From Candidatus Heimdallarchaeota archaeon (GTDB lineage Archaea > Asgardarchaeota > Heimdallarchaeia > Heimdallarchaeales > Kariarchaeaceae): DNA of 32,000 bases. Position numbers and translations under genes: made by a program. Positions 1 through 9,254 of this stretch are shown here, piece after piece. The notes beneath the pieces are model-generated. The model was not told the DNA's origin. It made no database searches and saw only the letters and a program-made list of their open reading frames with translations. The stretch lies in the NCBI GenBank assembly GCA_030149205.1, contig JASBSB010000006.1, positions 270,001 to 302,000 of the forward strand, read 5' to 3'. The number at the start of each line of letters is the position of its first letter. Position 1 is the first letter of the stretch.

Positions 1-57
1 CCATTTTGGCGCGCGGGTTCAAAAGGATCCCTGATCCTGAAATTCCCGCCCGTGTCA
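1..57 (+). tRNA. 3' part of a class II (long variable arm) tRNA, probably tRNA-Leu (Ser not excluded), with a T-loop intron; truncated by the window edge
   Basis: Variable-arm hairpin CCA-TTT-TGG (1-9); T-stem GCGGG (13-17) / CCCGC (45-49); T-loop TTCAAA|T after removing 24-43; acceptor 3' strand CCGTGTC (50-56); discriminator A57. The anticodon lies outside the window. Confidence 0.85.
24..43 (+). other. 20-nt tRNA intron at position 59/60 with a strict bulge-helix-bulge motif
   Basis: TTCA (18-21) pairs with TGAA (38-41); bulges AA|A and AT|T; intron hairpin GGATC-CCT-GATCC. Confidence 0.85.
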
Positions 58-86
58 TCGTTTTTGTTTTAACTCAAATTCATTTT

Positions 87-431
87 TTATTTGATTTCAT
101 ACTGCTCAAATTTATCAAGATATCTTTCATCTCTGAGAATGAGAATATCATCTGATTTATCTGCTGTCTCCTTATCATTTATAATTCCCACAATCTTCTT
201 CTCAGTGATCAACTTCAAAATTCCGGAGGTAATCTTCTCAAAATCCATGTTGATTTTGTCACTTAGCTTTGTAAACTCGATTTCGTTGCCTAACTCATTT
301 TTTAGACTTAGAATGGTAGAATGTAGCTCACTTAGTTCATCCTCACTCACTTCTGGCAAACTTCCACTCTCCACGGTCTCTTTAGCCTTTGTGTATATAT
401 TCTTTATTGATTCGGGATCTTCAAATGACAT
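87..431 (-). CDS. Hypothetical protein, possibly with a winged-helix (PCI-like) C-terminal half
   Basis: 114-aa ORF with a TATA-like box at 456-463; segment IEFTKLSDKINMDFEKITSGILKLITEKKIVGIIND resembles the wHTH/PCI pattern. Confidence 0.7.
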   Translation of the reverse strand: MSFEDPESIKNIYTKAKETVESGSLPEVSEDELSELHSTILSLKNELGNEIEFTKLSDKINMDFEKITSGILKLITEKKIVGIINDKETADKSDDILILRDERYLDKFEQYEIK

Positions 432-455
432 TTGATAATTATTATATAATTCTCG

Positions 456-470
456 TAATAAAGGTTTTTC
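456..470 (-). promoter_or_regulatory. Putative BRE/TATA element for the 87..431 gene
   Basis: Minus-strand GAAAAACCTTTATTA; the TATA-like part lies 25-32 nt upstream of the ATG. Confidence 0.5.
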
Positions 471-569
471 TCGAAAAAATTATTTATACGCAAATTATTC
501 GGAAAGATACTGATAATTTACTTTCAAACACCTCTGTTCTTTTTTAAATATCAGATTGTTAGAAAAAAG

Positions 570-2069
570 GTGTTCACAATGAGTTTGGGTACAGTAATTG
601 CAACTGAGTTTGGTCCGACTCCAACTTTATTTCAGTTTGTCATCTCTTTAGAAGAAGCAAGAAGAATCGCTGAAACTGGATTGTTCATCCAAGTGAAAAA
701 TGATGATGGGCATATTACATTAGGGGTTATCCAAAACCTAAGAAGAACCAACAGATACTTTTCCTCACCTGATGTTATTCATGGTACCTCGACCAATTTT
801 AAACCACCTCAATTGTTTCCATCAGAAAAATGGGATTATCTAATTGCTGAATGTAAGGTTTTAGGAACTTTTGAAAATAACTTAAACTCAAGATCAACAA
901 AACCTGTGACTCCAGGTTCTGAGGTCACGTTAACTGATTCCATGCTTCTCCGCCGGTTTTTAGGGTTAGATATATCCCAAGGAATACAACTTGGAAAAAT
1001 TAAACAGATGGATCTTGATGTACAAATCAATTTAGACAGGTTATTACAAAAACATCTTGCAATCCTTAGTATATCAGGAGGAGGAAAATCTTATACGACT
1101 TCGGTCTTGATTGAGGAGTTACTGAAACGACCAAAAAACATCGGAAGACCAGCAATAGTCCTTTTTGATGTCCATGGAGAGTATTCACAACTCACTGAAC
1201 TCTCAAGACTCAAAGAGTTTAAGCATGCAGAGGTTAATCTAATTCGAGCAGACTCAATTAAAATTAATGCTTCAATGTTATCCTCTAGAGATTTTGCCAC
1301 ATTACAGCCTTCAATGAGTCATGCACAACAAAGAGAACTAAGTGCCATCATCAGTGAACTTAAGCACAAAAAACAAAAAATTACAATAGGAGCCATCAAA
1401 AACCTGTTAATTTCTAAAGAAATAAATCAAATGGTAAAAGAAGCGTTGGTTGGTTGGTTAACTGTTCTTGAAAACTCTAACCTATTTAGCTACTATGAAA
1501 GTCCAAATCTTCAGGAAGAGGTGGTTCCCGGGTCTTTGACAATAATTGATCTTTCTCCAATCATCTCATTGTGGTCCAAACAGGTAATCGTATATTATTT
1601 TTTAAACAGAATTTTCAACTTAAGAAGAGTTAAAGATATTCCCCCTGTAATCACATTAATTGAGGAAGCACACCAATTCTGCCCCGAACAAACAACAAGT
1701 CCAACGAAGAAGATCATTGAGACGATTGCCAGAGAGGGGAGAAAATTCCTGACATCTTTGGTGCTGATTTCCCAAAGACCCGTGAATCTTTCTACCACAG
1801 CACTCTCTCAATGTAATTCCCATTTGATTATGAGAATATTGAACCCACATGATTTAAATTACATTGCCAAAACCTCAGAGGGAATAACTACTGAAACATT
1901 GCAGACAATTACATCATTAGGTGTCGGAGAGGGTTTGCTAGCAGGTAATGCGACGAACTATCCCATTTTTCTGCAAATCAGAGAGAAGATGCTTCAGACC
2001 AATTATGATGAAGTTTCCATGGCAAAGGCAAGTGAACGATATGAACTTCTTTTACAAGAAGCAACTTAA
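570..2069 (+). CDS. herA: HerA/FtsK-family ATPase (HAS-barrel plus DUF87 helicase HerA)
   Basis: N-terminal HAS-barrel-like region; KHLAILSISGGGKS (Walker A); FDVHGEY; LIEEAHQF (Walker B); IAREGRKF; SQRP; QCNS motifs. Confidence 0.88.
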   Translation: MFTMSLGTVIATEFGPTPTLFQFVISLEEARRIAETGLFIQVKNDDGHITLGVIQNLRRTNRYFSSPDVIHGTSTNFKPPQLFPSEKWDYLIAECKVLGTFENNLNSRSTKPVTPGSEVTLTDSMLLRRFLGLDISQGIQLGKIKQMDLDVQINLDRLLQKHLAILSISGGGKSYTTSVLIEELLKRPKNIGRPAIVLFDVHGEYSQLTELSRLKEFKHAEVNLIRADSIKINASMLSSRDFATLQPSMSHAQQRELSAIISELKHKKQKITIGAIKNLLISKEINQMVKEALVGWLTVLENSNLFSYYESPNLQEEVVPGSLTIIDLSPIISLWSKQVIVYYFLNRIFNLRRVKDIPPVITLIEEAHQFCPEQTTSPTKKIIETIAREGRKFLTSLVLISQRPVNLSTTALSQCNSHLIMRILNPHDLNYIAKTSEGITTETLQTITSLGVGEGLLAGNATNYPIFLQIREKMLQTNYDEVSMAKASERYELLLQEAT

Positions 2070-2242
2070 AATGAATTAGAAGCTTCGTCTCATCTAATGT
2101 TAAGTAAAAAAAAATAGCAAACACAAACCATTATCAGTATAGCCTAATTCACCTCAAAAATTCCGAACATTGCTTAACTTGAAAAATTAAAAACAACAAA
2201 AAGTCAACTCCGAATTTAAATACTAAACTCATGAGATAGTTT

Positions 2243-2659
2243 GTGTCTGAGAAACGATTATTTGTTGGTCATAAAGTAATATACGAGCAAATTTTTGATA
2301 AACTGTTAAAATTGATACCGAGCTTGCACATTCCAGAAAATCTCCCCGATACCGGCAGATCAGTGGTTCCAAATTACATGAATCTATCCTTTGATTTAAT
2401 CTCTAACAATGTGGGTGTGATTACTTTTGCGCTCTCTCAGTCTTACCTTCAAAATGGAGACAGAGTCCCAGACCCTGACATGATGATCAGAGTGTTCCCC
2501 AAGTATTACATGGCTGAAGCTCTAACATATCAAGACAGTTACAAATATGAAGAGGTTTATCCAAAGGTAAATTTCGTGGATATAAAAGCTAAGGAGGAAT
2601 TAAACCAATTTCTAAACAACTGGCTTAAAAATTTAATTAACCAAGGTCATAAATTGTGA
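2243..2659 (+). CDS. DUF6908/DUF1249-like protein
   Basis: Motifs YMNLSFD, QNGDRVPDPDMMIRV, AEALTYQD and ELNQFLNNWLKNLINQGH; GTG start with upstream TTTAAA. Confidence 0.7.
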   Translation: MSEKRLFVGHKVIYEQIFDKLLKLIPSLHIPENLPDTGRSVVPNYMNLSFDLISNNVGVITFALSQSYLQNGDRVPDPDMMIRVFPKYYMAEALTYQDSYKYEEVYPKVNFVDIKAKEELNQFLNNWLKNLINQGHKL

Positions 2660-2818
2660 TGACTTCCCAAGTAATGGAATTTTGAAATCCTAGAATGACC
2701 TGATAGGTCTATCAATCTCTTATTTTGAGGAGATGGTTAAAAGAAGTGGGGTATTTATTTTCAATAAATCAATTAAAAAATCTTTATAGATTTATAGAAT
2801 ATTATCTAAAATAACCTT

Positions 2819-3850
2819 TTAATCTTTTTCCAGATAAACCGTTGTGATTGGGAATGGTATATTTATCTTTTCAATTCTATATCTTGCCATAAGGTCTTTG
2901 ATTAACTGGTGCTGAACTAAAAATTGTTGCTCAAAATCTTTGATAGTAACGATCAAATTGAAATTTATTGAAGAGTTCCCAAACAAGTTATATCTAACTT
3001 TAGGAGGATTAACTAGAGTTATACCCATATTTTTTAGAGTTTCGGAGGTGACTTCAATGGTGACACGTTCAACAAGCTCTAGATCAGATTCATATCCCAC
3101 ACCAATTGGGATCTTTACAGACATATCCTTCTTGGGAAGACTGTAATTTGTGATTATCGTAGAAGTCATGTTACTGTTCGGGATGATTATCAAGTTATTT
3201 TGCATGGTTCTAATAGTTGTGTTCCTCCAGTTAATATCTGTAACGTATCCAGCCTCTCCAGACTGAAGTTGAATATAATCCCCTGGTGATATCTGCCTAA
3301 CCAGAATTATGTAAATTCCAGCGAATAAGTTTGATAAGGTATCTTGAAGTGCTAAGGCAACAGCTAATGCACCCACACCAAGTGTGGCCAATAACGGACC
3401 AACATCCACTCTAAAAGCCTGTAAAATTAAGATAACAGCATAAACAAAAATAAGAAACCTCATCAGATTGTGAAATATCGTCGTCTGAGGGAGATTCCCC
3501 TTTCTCATATGGTAGTTTAGAAAGAGGCTGATAGCCCTAGCGAAAACAATCAAAATTGTAATAATAAATAGAATTTGTATTGTTAGCTGGATATCCGGAA
3601 TGTATATTCCAATAGAGTCTTTAACCGTCTGATTGTTTGCATTGTAAGTTAGAAAAAGTGATATAGAACCTAAGATTGTCCAAATGATAACAAATGAACC
3701 AATACCGTTGACTAAGTTACGTAAGAAAACAGCCTGAGATTCTTTTGCGTAGCGTTTAATTATAGGAAAGAGGAGCAGATAAAGAAGCAAGCCTGTTCCT
3801 AAACCGATACCTACGAAGGTTCCTATTTCTACTACCAATGGTTGAGCCAT
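2819..3850 (-). CDS. mscS: Small-conductance mechanosensitive channel (MscS family)
   Basis: TM helices; LGVGALAVALALQDTLSNLFAG; GDYIQL; G-V-DINWRNT; IIPNS; FGNSSINF. Confidence 0.93.
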   Translation of the reverse strand: MAQPLVVEIGTFVGIGLGTGLLLYLLLFPIIKRYAKESQAVFLRNLVNGIGSFVIIWTILGSISLFLTYNANNQTVKDSIGIYIPDIQLTIQILFIITILIVFARAISLFLNYHMRKGNLPQTTIFHNLMRFLIFVYAVILILQAFRVDVGPLLATLGVGALAVALALQDTLSNLFAGIYIILVRQISPGDYIQLQSGEAGYVTDINWRNTTIRTMQNNLIIIPNSNMTSTIITNYSLPKKDMSVKIPIGVGYESDLELVERVTIEVTSETLKNMGITLVNPPKVRYNLFGNSSINFNLIVTIKDFEQQFLVQHQLIKDLMARYRIEKINIPFPITTVYLEKD

Positions 3851-4238
3851 AGTTTGAAATAATTATTTGCTTATTATATTTTTAGTTGGAGATAGATGGA
3901 ACGATTTTACTAAATATACCACATTATAATTAAACTTTAATTTATCTAAAACCAACATTTGAACAAAGAGAAAAGACCTCGGAAAACTAACTTAGAAGGA
4001 CTGAATCCTCGCAATTATTTTTGAGACAGATTTAGAGTCAAAGATAACATTTTTCTTGTTTGAAGCCAATTATATAAAAAAAAGTTGCCTGAAAGTGTTC
4101 TCAGGTTGTTTTTAATAATATTTGAGCCAATTGCATTATTTTTTTTCAAATGACTACTGAAATGATTTGTGAAAATTAGTTCAATTAAGCCCACATTTAA
4201 TAGGAAACAATATAACAGAGGGAAACAGTATTCACTTG

Positions 4239-4484
4239 ATGTACTGTGGTAATTGTAGTCTGGAAATCAGACGCGAGGTTAATTATTGCCCTCATTGTGG
4301 ATATCTTGTAAACAGAACGGGGGAATTAGAAGAAAGTCGAAAGTGTCCCTGGTGTGGACACAGCTCGTTTAGTAAGATAGCAATATCAACAGAGGAGGAA
4401 GAGTCCAGAGCTCTCTTTAACTGTGATGAATGCGGATTTATTGTGAGTTTCATAAAAGAGATAAAACAACAAGAAATGAAATAA
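4239..4484 (+). CDS. Double zinc-ribbon protein (4 CxxC), paralog 1
   Basis: CGNC, CPHC, CPWC and CDEC motifs; ATG at 4239 (TTG at 4236 is an alternative). Confidence 0.8.
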   Translation: MYCGNCSLEIRREVNYCPHCGYLVNRTGELEESRKCPWCGHSSFSKIAISTEEEESRALFNCDECGFIVSFIKEIKQQEMK

Positions 4485-4616
4485 AGAGATGTTTCTTCAA
4501 TAGAAAATTTCTGAAAGACCCCCACATTGAATTAGCAATTAGATAACTTCAGATATATCCTAATACATCAAATGTTAAATGAAAGATTAAAATAACATTA
4601 TTTGAAGACCTTTGTT

Positions 4617-4877
4617 ATGGAATGTGCTTCATGTGGATTTAAGGTCATTGAAACCGATATTTATTGCCCAAACTGTGGAAAAGCTGTGAATCTAAAAACA
4701 GACTCAAAGGACGTGCACAGGTGTGTCTGGTGTGGACATCAGTCCTTTAAAACTGATAAAAGCTCCTTGGACAAAGGCAGAGGTCTTACAGAACATGAAC
4801 TGGTTCTTAGGATCTGTGAAAACTGTGGATTTGTTCATTATTTTCTAGAAGGTGACATTCCACAAGAATTGGACTGA
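4617..4877 (+). CDS. Double zinc-ribbon protein (4 CxxC), paralog 2
   Basis: CASC, CPNC, CVWC and CENC with spacing similar to paralog 1; ATG 4617 preferred over TTG 4602 because a TTAAAA box lies about 25-30 nt upstream. Confidence 0.8.
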   Translation: MECASCGFKVIETDIYCPNCGKAVNLKTDSKDVHRCVWCGHQSFKTDKSSLDKGRGLTEHELVLRICENCGFVHYFLEGDIPQELD

Positions 4878-5186
4878 ATTCAGTTTATCTGGAGTTTGTT
4901 TATTATTCAAGATCAGATATATTTTCTAAATAATGATTCTGAGCCATCCTTTAGCTTCTAATATAGCGAACGGTAGATTCTTAAGTTGGTCTTAGTATAC
5001 TTTGTAGAAATACGATGGAATTCCAGAATGGAGTTAGATATCCAGGGTGATTAAGTATGATTCCAATCTCTCATTAACAAATTATTTTGGTATTTACTTC
5101 TAAATCTCAGTAAATTGAATAGAAATAAATTAAGAAGGGTAAATAAATACTGACATGAAGAAAATACTACTTTTCGACCTAAAGTT

Positions 5187-5200
5187 GAAAAGGTTTATAT
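5187..5200 (+). promoter_or_regulatory. Putative BRE/TATA of the first vapBC operon
   Basis: GAAAAGGTTTATAT; TTTATA lies 25-30 nt upstream of ATG 5224. Confidence 0.55.
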
Positions 5201-5223
5201 TTCAAAACATCAATAATTTAATT

Positions 5224-5481
5224 ATGCCAACAACCATTAAAATTAGTGACGCATCAAAAAATAAGTTAGAGAAGCTGAGAGCAAGGCTATTATTACAGGG
5301 AAGAAAATTTAAGCAGGAAGAATTAATAGACTTTGTAATATCATTGGCTGAAACAAGCCCATTAATCCTAAGCAAAGGAAAGTATAAAGGTTTATCTAAG
5401 GAAGAGAGGAAAGAATTTCTTGCATTTTCTTTTGAAGGTGGAGGTTCAGATAAGTCTATTGATGAGGAAGTATATTCATAA
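5224..5481 (+). CDS. vapB: VapB-type antitoxin with an RHH-like N-terminus
   Basis: MPTTIKISDASKNKLEKL beta-helix-helix pattern; abuts a PIN gene; start moved from 5155 to 5224 on promoter spacing. Confidence 0.72.
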   Translation: MPTTIKISDASKNKLEKLRARLLLQGRKFKQEELIDFVISLAETSPLILSKGKYKGLSKEERKEFLAFSFEGGGSDKSIDEEVYS

Positions 5482-5913
5482 ATGATCGTTCTTGACACCA
5501 ATTTAATATTTGCAAAGTTTGCTTTGGGTGATGAAAACCATAAAAAGGCAAATGAAATTTTCAATGATATTCTTACTGGAAAGTTTGGACTTCCTATACT
5601 TCTAGACTATGTGTATAATGAAATACTAACATTAATTTATATAAGAACCAAAAACTTTGACCTGTGTATGAGGGTTGAAAAATTCCTTAAGAATTATTTT
5701 AATAAAGATGTTATTAGTTTTGTCCAAACACCTAGCGAGCTATTCTGGAAAGCAAATCAGACGTTTCTGAAGCAAGAGATTATCAACCAGAAACGGTTTT
5801 TATCATTTACTGATTCAATTATTGGAGAAATGGCTATTTGGTTAAACAGTTCCTACATAGGCACATTTGATGGACAATTTTATAGATTTGGAATTGAAGT
5901 TATACCAAAATAA
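5482..5913 (+). CDS. vapC: VapC PIN-domain ribonuclease toxin
   Basis: MIVLDTNLIFA, D-x-x-H-x-x-A, YNEIL, LSFTDS and TFD acidic PIN motifs; stop-start coupled to the antitoxin. Confidence 0.9.
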   Translation: MIVLDTNLIFAKFALGDENHKKANEIFNDILTGKFGLPILLDYVYNEILTLIYIRTKNFDLCMRVEKFLKNYFNKDVISFVQTPSELFWKANQTFLKQEIINQKRFLSFTDSIIGEMAIWLNSSYIGTFDGQFYRFGIEVIPK

Positions 5914-6067
5914 TCAAACTGATCAATTGCTTAATTGAATGCCTCTTCTTACTGAATTTGATTTTAAATGAATTGTCTCACTAATGAATTGATTTTTCGA
6001 TTAACTTAAGATATAGTTTTCAGAGGTAGTAAAACCATATAACAAATCTAAGTACTCATAATTATAG

Positions 6068-6331
6068 ATGGTTCAATAAATATCCCTCATGTTGTTTCAT
6101 AAACATTAAATCTGATAAATTTTGCCTGAATTGCTCTAATTCTGTGAGATGAACCAAAGATATGAAGACCCAAACAGGAGTTTATGATAGGGATTCTAAC
6201 CATTTTGAGCAGATAAAGCCCTATGAACAAAGGAATAGGTATCCCAGAACATGAGCTGATGCTTGAATAAGAAAAATTGCAAATTTGTTCACTATTTCTT
6301 GGAAGTTGATATCCCACAAGAACTGGACTGA
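6068..6331 (+). pseudogene. Decayed third copy of the double zinc-ribbon gene (closest to paralog 2)
   Basis: Colinear with 4617..4877: SC-CFINIKSDKFCLNC vs SC-GFKVIETDIYCPNC, and ends FVHYFLEVDIPQELD* vs FVHYFLEGDIPQELD*; both are followed by ATTCAGT; several stops and frameshifts inside. Confidence 0.85.
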
Positions 6332-6489
6332 ATTCAGTGATTTAGTTTTAGTTCCGTTAAATCTTTAAATTTACAGATTTGAAAATGCATGATTTACAGT
6401 TCATACATAACTAATTGATAACTTACAAATTGAGACTCAATAATTTCTATAGGAGTGCTTTAATAAACCAGAAATAATGGAAATTATAT

Positions 6490-8067
6490 TTGAACACACA
6501 AAACAACACCAACAGCAGAGAGAGAAAGAAAGAGGATTCATCACTGAGTCCAAAACAAAACTTTGGAAAGAATAATAAGGAGAATCAATTTAAAACAAAA
6601 TTCAATTCAGGTAAGAAGAAGAAAAATGGTGAAAATTTCAAACAAAGGAAGAGGAATGACCCAGACACAAAGATACCCAGCAAGGATCTAAAGACCAACA
6701 AAAAGAAAAGGATCAACAAGGTTGGCTCTCAAAAAACTGAGAATTCTACTATACCCAGATTACTAAATAATCATTCTAAGGAAGAACCCCTTCAAGTTAA
6801 TAACAATGAAGAAATGAGCTCCTTTGAAAGGTTTGGTTTTAATGATGCAATCAGACGCGCAATCAAAAAGGTGGGATACACCTCCCCAACATTGATACAG
6901 GAACAGGCGATCCAACCAGTACTCAACAGTACGGATCTTTTAGGCATTTCTAAGACTGGCTCAGGAAAAACAGCTGCGTTCATTCTACCACTATTACAGA
7001 TCTACTCAAATATTGACCTAAAAGAAGCCACTTCCCCTAAGATTTTAATAATAACCCCCACACGTGAACTCGCGATTCAGATTGGAGTTAATGTGGAAAA
7101 GTATGGAAAATACACAGGAATAAAACAGACAACCATATATGGAGGTGTGAGTCAGCACGAACAAGTCAAGAAACTTAGGAATAAGGACTCAATTTTTTTG
7201 ATTGCCACCCCCGGAAGATTGTTAGACCTGATAAACCAGGGACATGTAGATTTAAACTCTGTTAAAACACTAATTTTGGATGAGGCAGATAGAATGCTTG
7301 ATATGGGATTCATCCCTGACATGAAGAAAATTGTTGCCTACACCTCACAAAGGGAACAAACTCTACTATTTTCAGCTACCATGCCAGAAAAAATTCTGGA
7401 ACTCGCAAATGAATTTTTGAAGAGTGACTTTGTTCATGTCACGGGAGATCAACAATCAATCCCAGTGGATAAAATCAACCAAGAAATCTTCTTTGTCGAA
7501 AATAGAGAAAAATTTAATCTATTAAAGGCAATTTTGGAACAGGAACAAAACCATAGAGTGTTAATTTTCACCAGAACCAAATATGGGGCTGATAAGTTGG
7601 CCAGAAAACTCTCAAGCAAAAGATCCCGAATTGAGGCAATTCACGGGAACAAGTCTCAACAAAATAGACAAAAATCTCTGAAAAATTTTAGAATCAACAG
7701 ATCAAATATTCTCGTTGCAACCGATTTGGCAGCAAGAGGATTGGATGTAAAAGACATCACACATGTAGTGAACTACGACCTTCCCCGTGAGGCAGAGACC
7801 TATATCCATAGGATCGGAAGAACTGCGAGAGCTGGAAAATCCGGATATGCAATTTCTTTTTGCTCCAAAGATGAAAGAAAATTCCTTCCCCAGATAGAGG
7901 TACTGATGGGTAATCACATCCCTCGAGCAAAAGAAAACCCCTTTCAATCAGAGTTCCAGGAACCAATTTTAGCAAATCTAAATCGCAAGGTGAAACCCAG
8001 AAGATATAAAATTCGAAAAAGAAACAAATCTGCAAAAGCGAAGAACCGAAAAAGAAATGTAAATTGA
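6490..8067 (+). CDS. DEAD-box RNA helicase (RhlE-like) with a basic low-complexity N-terminal extension
   Basis: Q motif; KTGSGKT; PTRELA; TPGRLLD; DEAD; SAT; ATDLAARGLD; HRIGRTARAG. The core starts near Met109 (6814). Confidence 0.95.
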   Translation: MNTQNNTNSRERKKEDSSLSPKQNFGKNNKENQFKTKFNSGKKKKNGENFKQRKRNDPDTKIPSKDLKTNKKKRINKVGSQKTENSTIPRLLNNHSKEEPLQVNNNEEMSSFERFGFNDAIRRAIKKVGYTSPTLIQEQAIQPVLNSTDLLGISKTGSGKTAAFILPLLQIYSNIDLKEATSPKILIITPTRELAIQIGVNVEKYGKYTGIKQTTIYGGVSQHEQVKKLRNKDSIFLIATPGRLLDLINQGHVDLNSVKTLILDEADRMLDMGFIPDMKKIVAYTSQREQTLLFSATMPEKILELANEFLKSDFVHVTGDQQSIPVDKINQEIFFVENREKFNLLKAILEQEQNHRVLIFTRTKYGADKLARKLSSKRSRIEAIHGNKSQQNRQKSLKNFRINRSNILVATDLAARGLDVKDITHVVNYDLPREAETYIHRIGRTARAGKSGYAISFCSKDERKFLPQIEVLMGNHIPRAKENPFQSEFQEPILANLNRKVKPRRYKIRKRNKSAKAKNRKRNVN

Positions 8068-8412
8068 AAGATCTGGTGTTCATAGACCATATAGAATTTT
8101 CATAGAAATATCAAAAATTAATTTAATTCAGAAAGATAAGGAAGTAAATTATATGACAAGCTCTAACCCTTAATTTTAAGTAAGGCTTCTACAAGTTCAG
8201 AAAAAAAATTTTAATGAAGATTAGTGAAAAAAAAAAATTATAATACGTTTGTACTGTGCAAATCTTTTAGATCAATGTATTCAATCTATATTAAGATAAA
8301 TCAATAAATTAAATATTTATTCCATTTTAATCTTGTAAATCAAATCTCTAAATTGGTTAAATTCAATACATATTGTAAAATGATTTATCAATCTTGTAAA
8401 AATCATTAGAAT

Positions 8413-9252
8413 ATGAACCTGAATGATATTACCCCAATTACCAAAAGTCAAATCAAAAATGATAATATAAACATTGATTTATTTGGAATAGATGATCAAT
8501 ATAACACACTAGAGAATTTTGTCAATAATGCCTTTGATAGCAAAAGGGAATATACTACATTGTACCAGAAACTTGACTTTTATAATAATATACTTCTTAC
8601 TGGTCTGCCTGGAACTGGAAAAACTCGTTCTGTTTATAAATTGCTTTCAAATCAAAAAAATAATGTAAGGTTATATCAATTAAAGCTTGGAACATTGTTG
8701 CACGCCGATATGGGTAAAACTTCACAGATAATTGAAGACCTCTTCAATAGTATTAGAGATCAAGCTTCACCTCAAAAAAAAATGATTATTTTACTTGATG
8801 AAATTGATTCTATTGGACTTTCAAGGTTTAATTCAAGTGTATTAGATGGTATTCGAAGAGCTTTAATTTCATTAATGATAGAACTGGATAAAAACATTAT
8901 GAGGAAATATATCGTTTTTATCGGCATTTCAAATATACCTGAGTTCCTAGACCCTGCACTTGTTAGAAGATTTACTTTAAGAATCGAATACCCAGATGTA
9001 ATTTCAAAGAGAGAACTAAAGAAATTTCTCAACTATCTTGTTGAAGAAGATTGGGAATTTGAAAAAATCCATAAAATTGTTCAAGAAAAAGGATATACTC
9101 CCTCAGATATTAAAAACTTGTTTCAAAGGATATTAGTAGAAAATAAGTTTAACGAAGATATAAATTGGAATCAATCTTTGATTATAAAATTGCGTGATAG
9201 CGTATCTACAAAAGAATTAATGCAATTTTCAAAAGATAAATATTCTATATAA
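8413..9252 (+). CDS. Single-domain AAA+ ATPase (classic AAA clade)
   Basis: ILLTGLPGTGKT (Walker A); ILLDEIDSIG (Walker B); SN-PEFLDPALVRRF (second region of homology with arginine fingers). Confidence 0.92.
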   Translation: MNLNDITPITKSQIKNDNINIDLFGIDDQYNTLENFVNNAFDSKREYTTLYQKLDFYNNILLTGLPGTGKTRSVYKLLSNQKNNVRLYQLKLGTLLHADMGKTSQIIEDLFNSIRDQASPQKKMIILLDEIDSIGLSRFNSSVLDGIRRALISLMIELDKNIMRKYIVFIGISNIPEFLDPALVRRFTLRIEYPDVISKRELKKFLNYLVEEDWEFEKIHKIVQEKGYTPSDIKNLFQRILVENKFNEDINWNQSLIIKLRDSVSTKELMQFSKDKYSI

Positions 9253-9254
9253 TT

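Noticed and set aside
1-58. Minus-strand reading MTRAGISGSGILLNPRAKM, superficially like the LLNP-A-K motif of Tsr3
   Set aside because: The same bases are fully explained by a plus-strand tRNA T-arm, BHB intron and acceptor stem.
5155-5223. N-terminal 23-aa extension of the first antitoxin in the ORF track
   Set aside because: Overlaps the TATA-like box; the paralog at 10008 aligns only from Met at 5224.
6087-6317. 76-aa minus-strand ORF
   Set aside because: Antisense shadow of the zinc-ribbon pseudogene.
8333-8400. Three TTGTAAA motifs upstream of the AAA ATPase
   Set aside because: Irregular spacing in extremely AT-rich DNA; cannot be distinguished from background.
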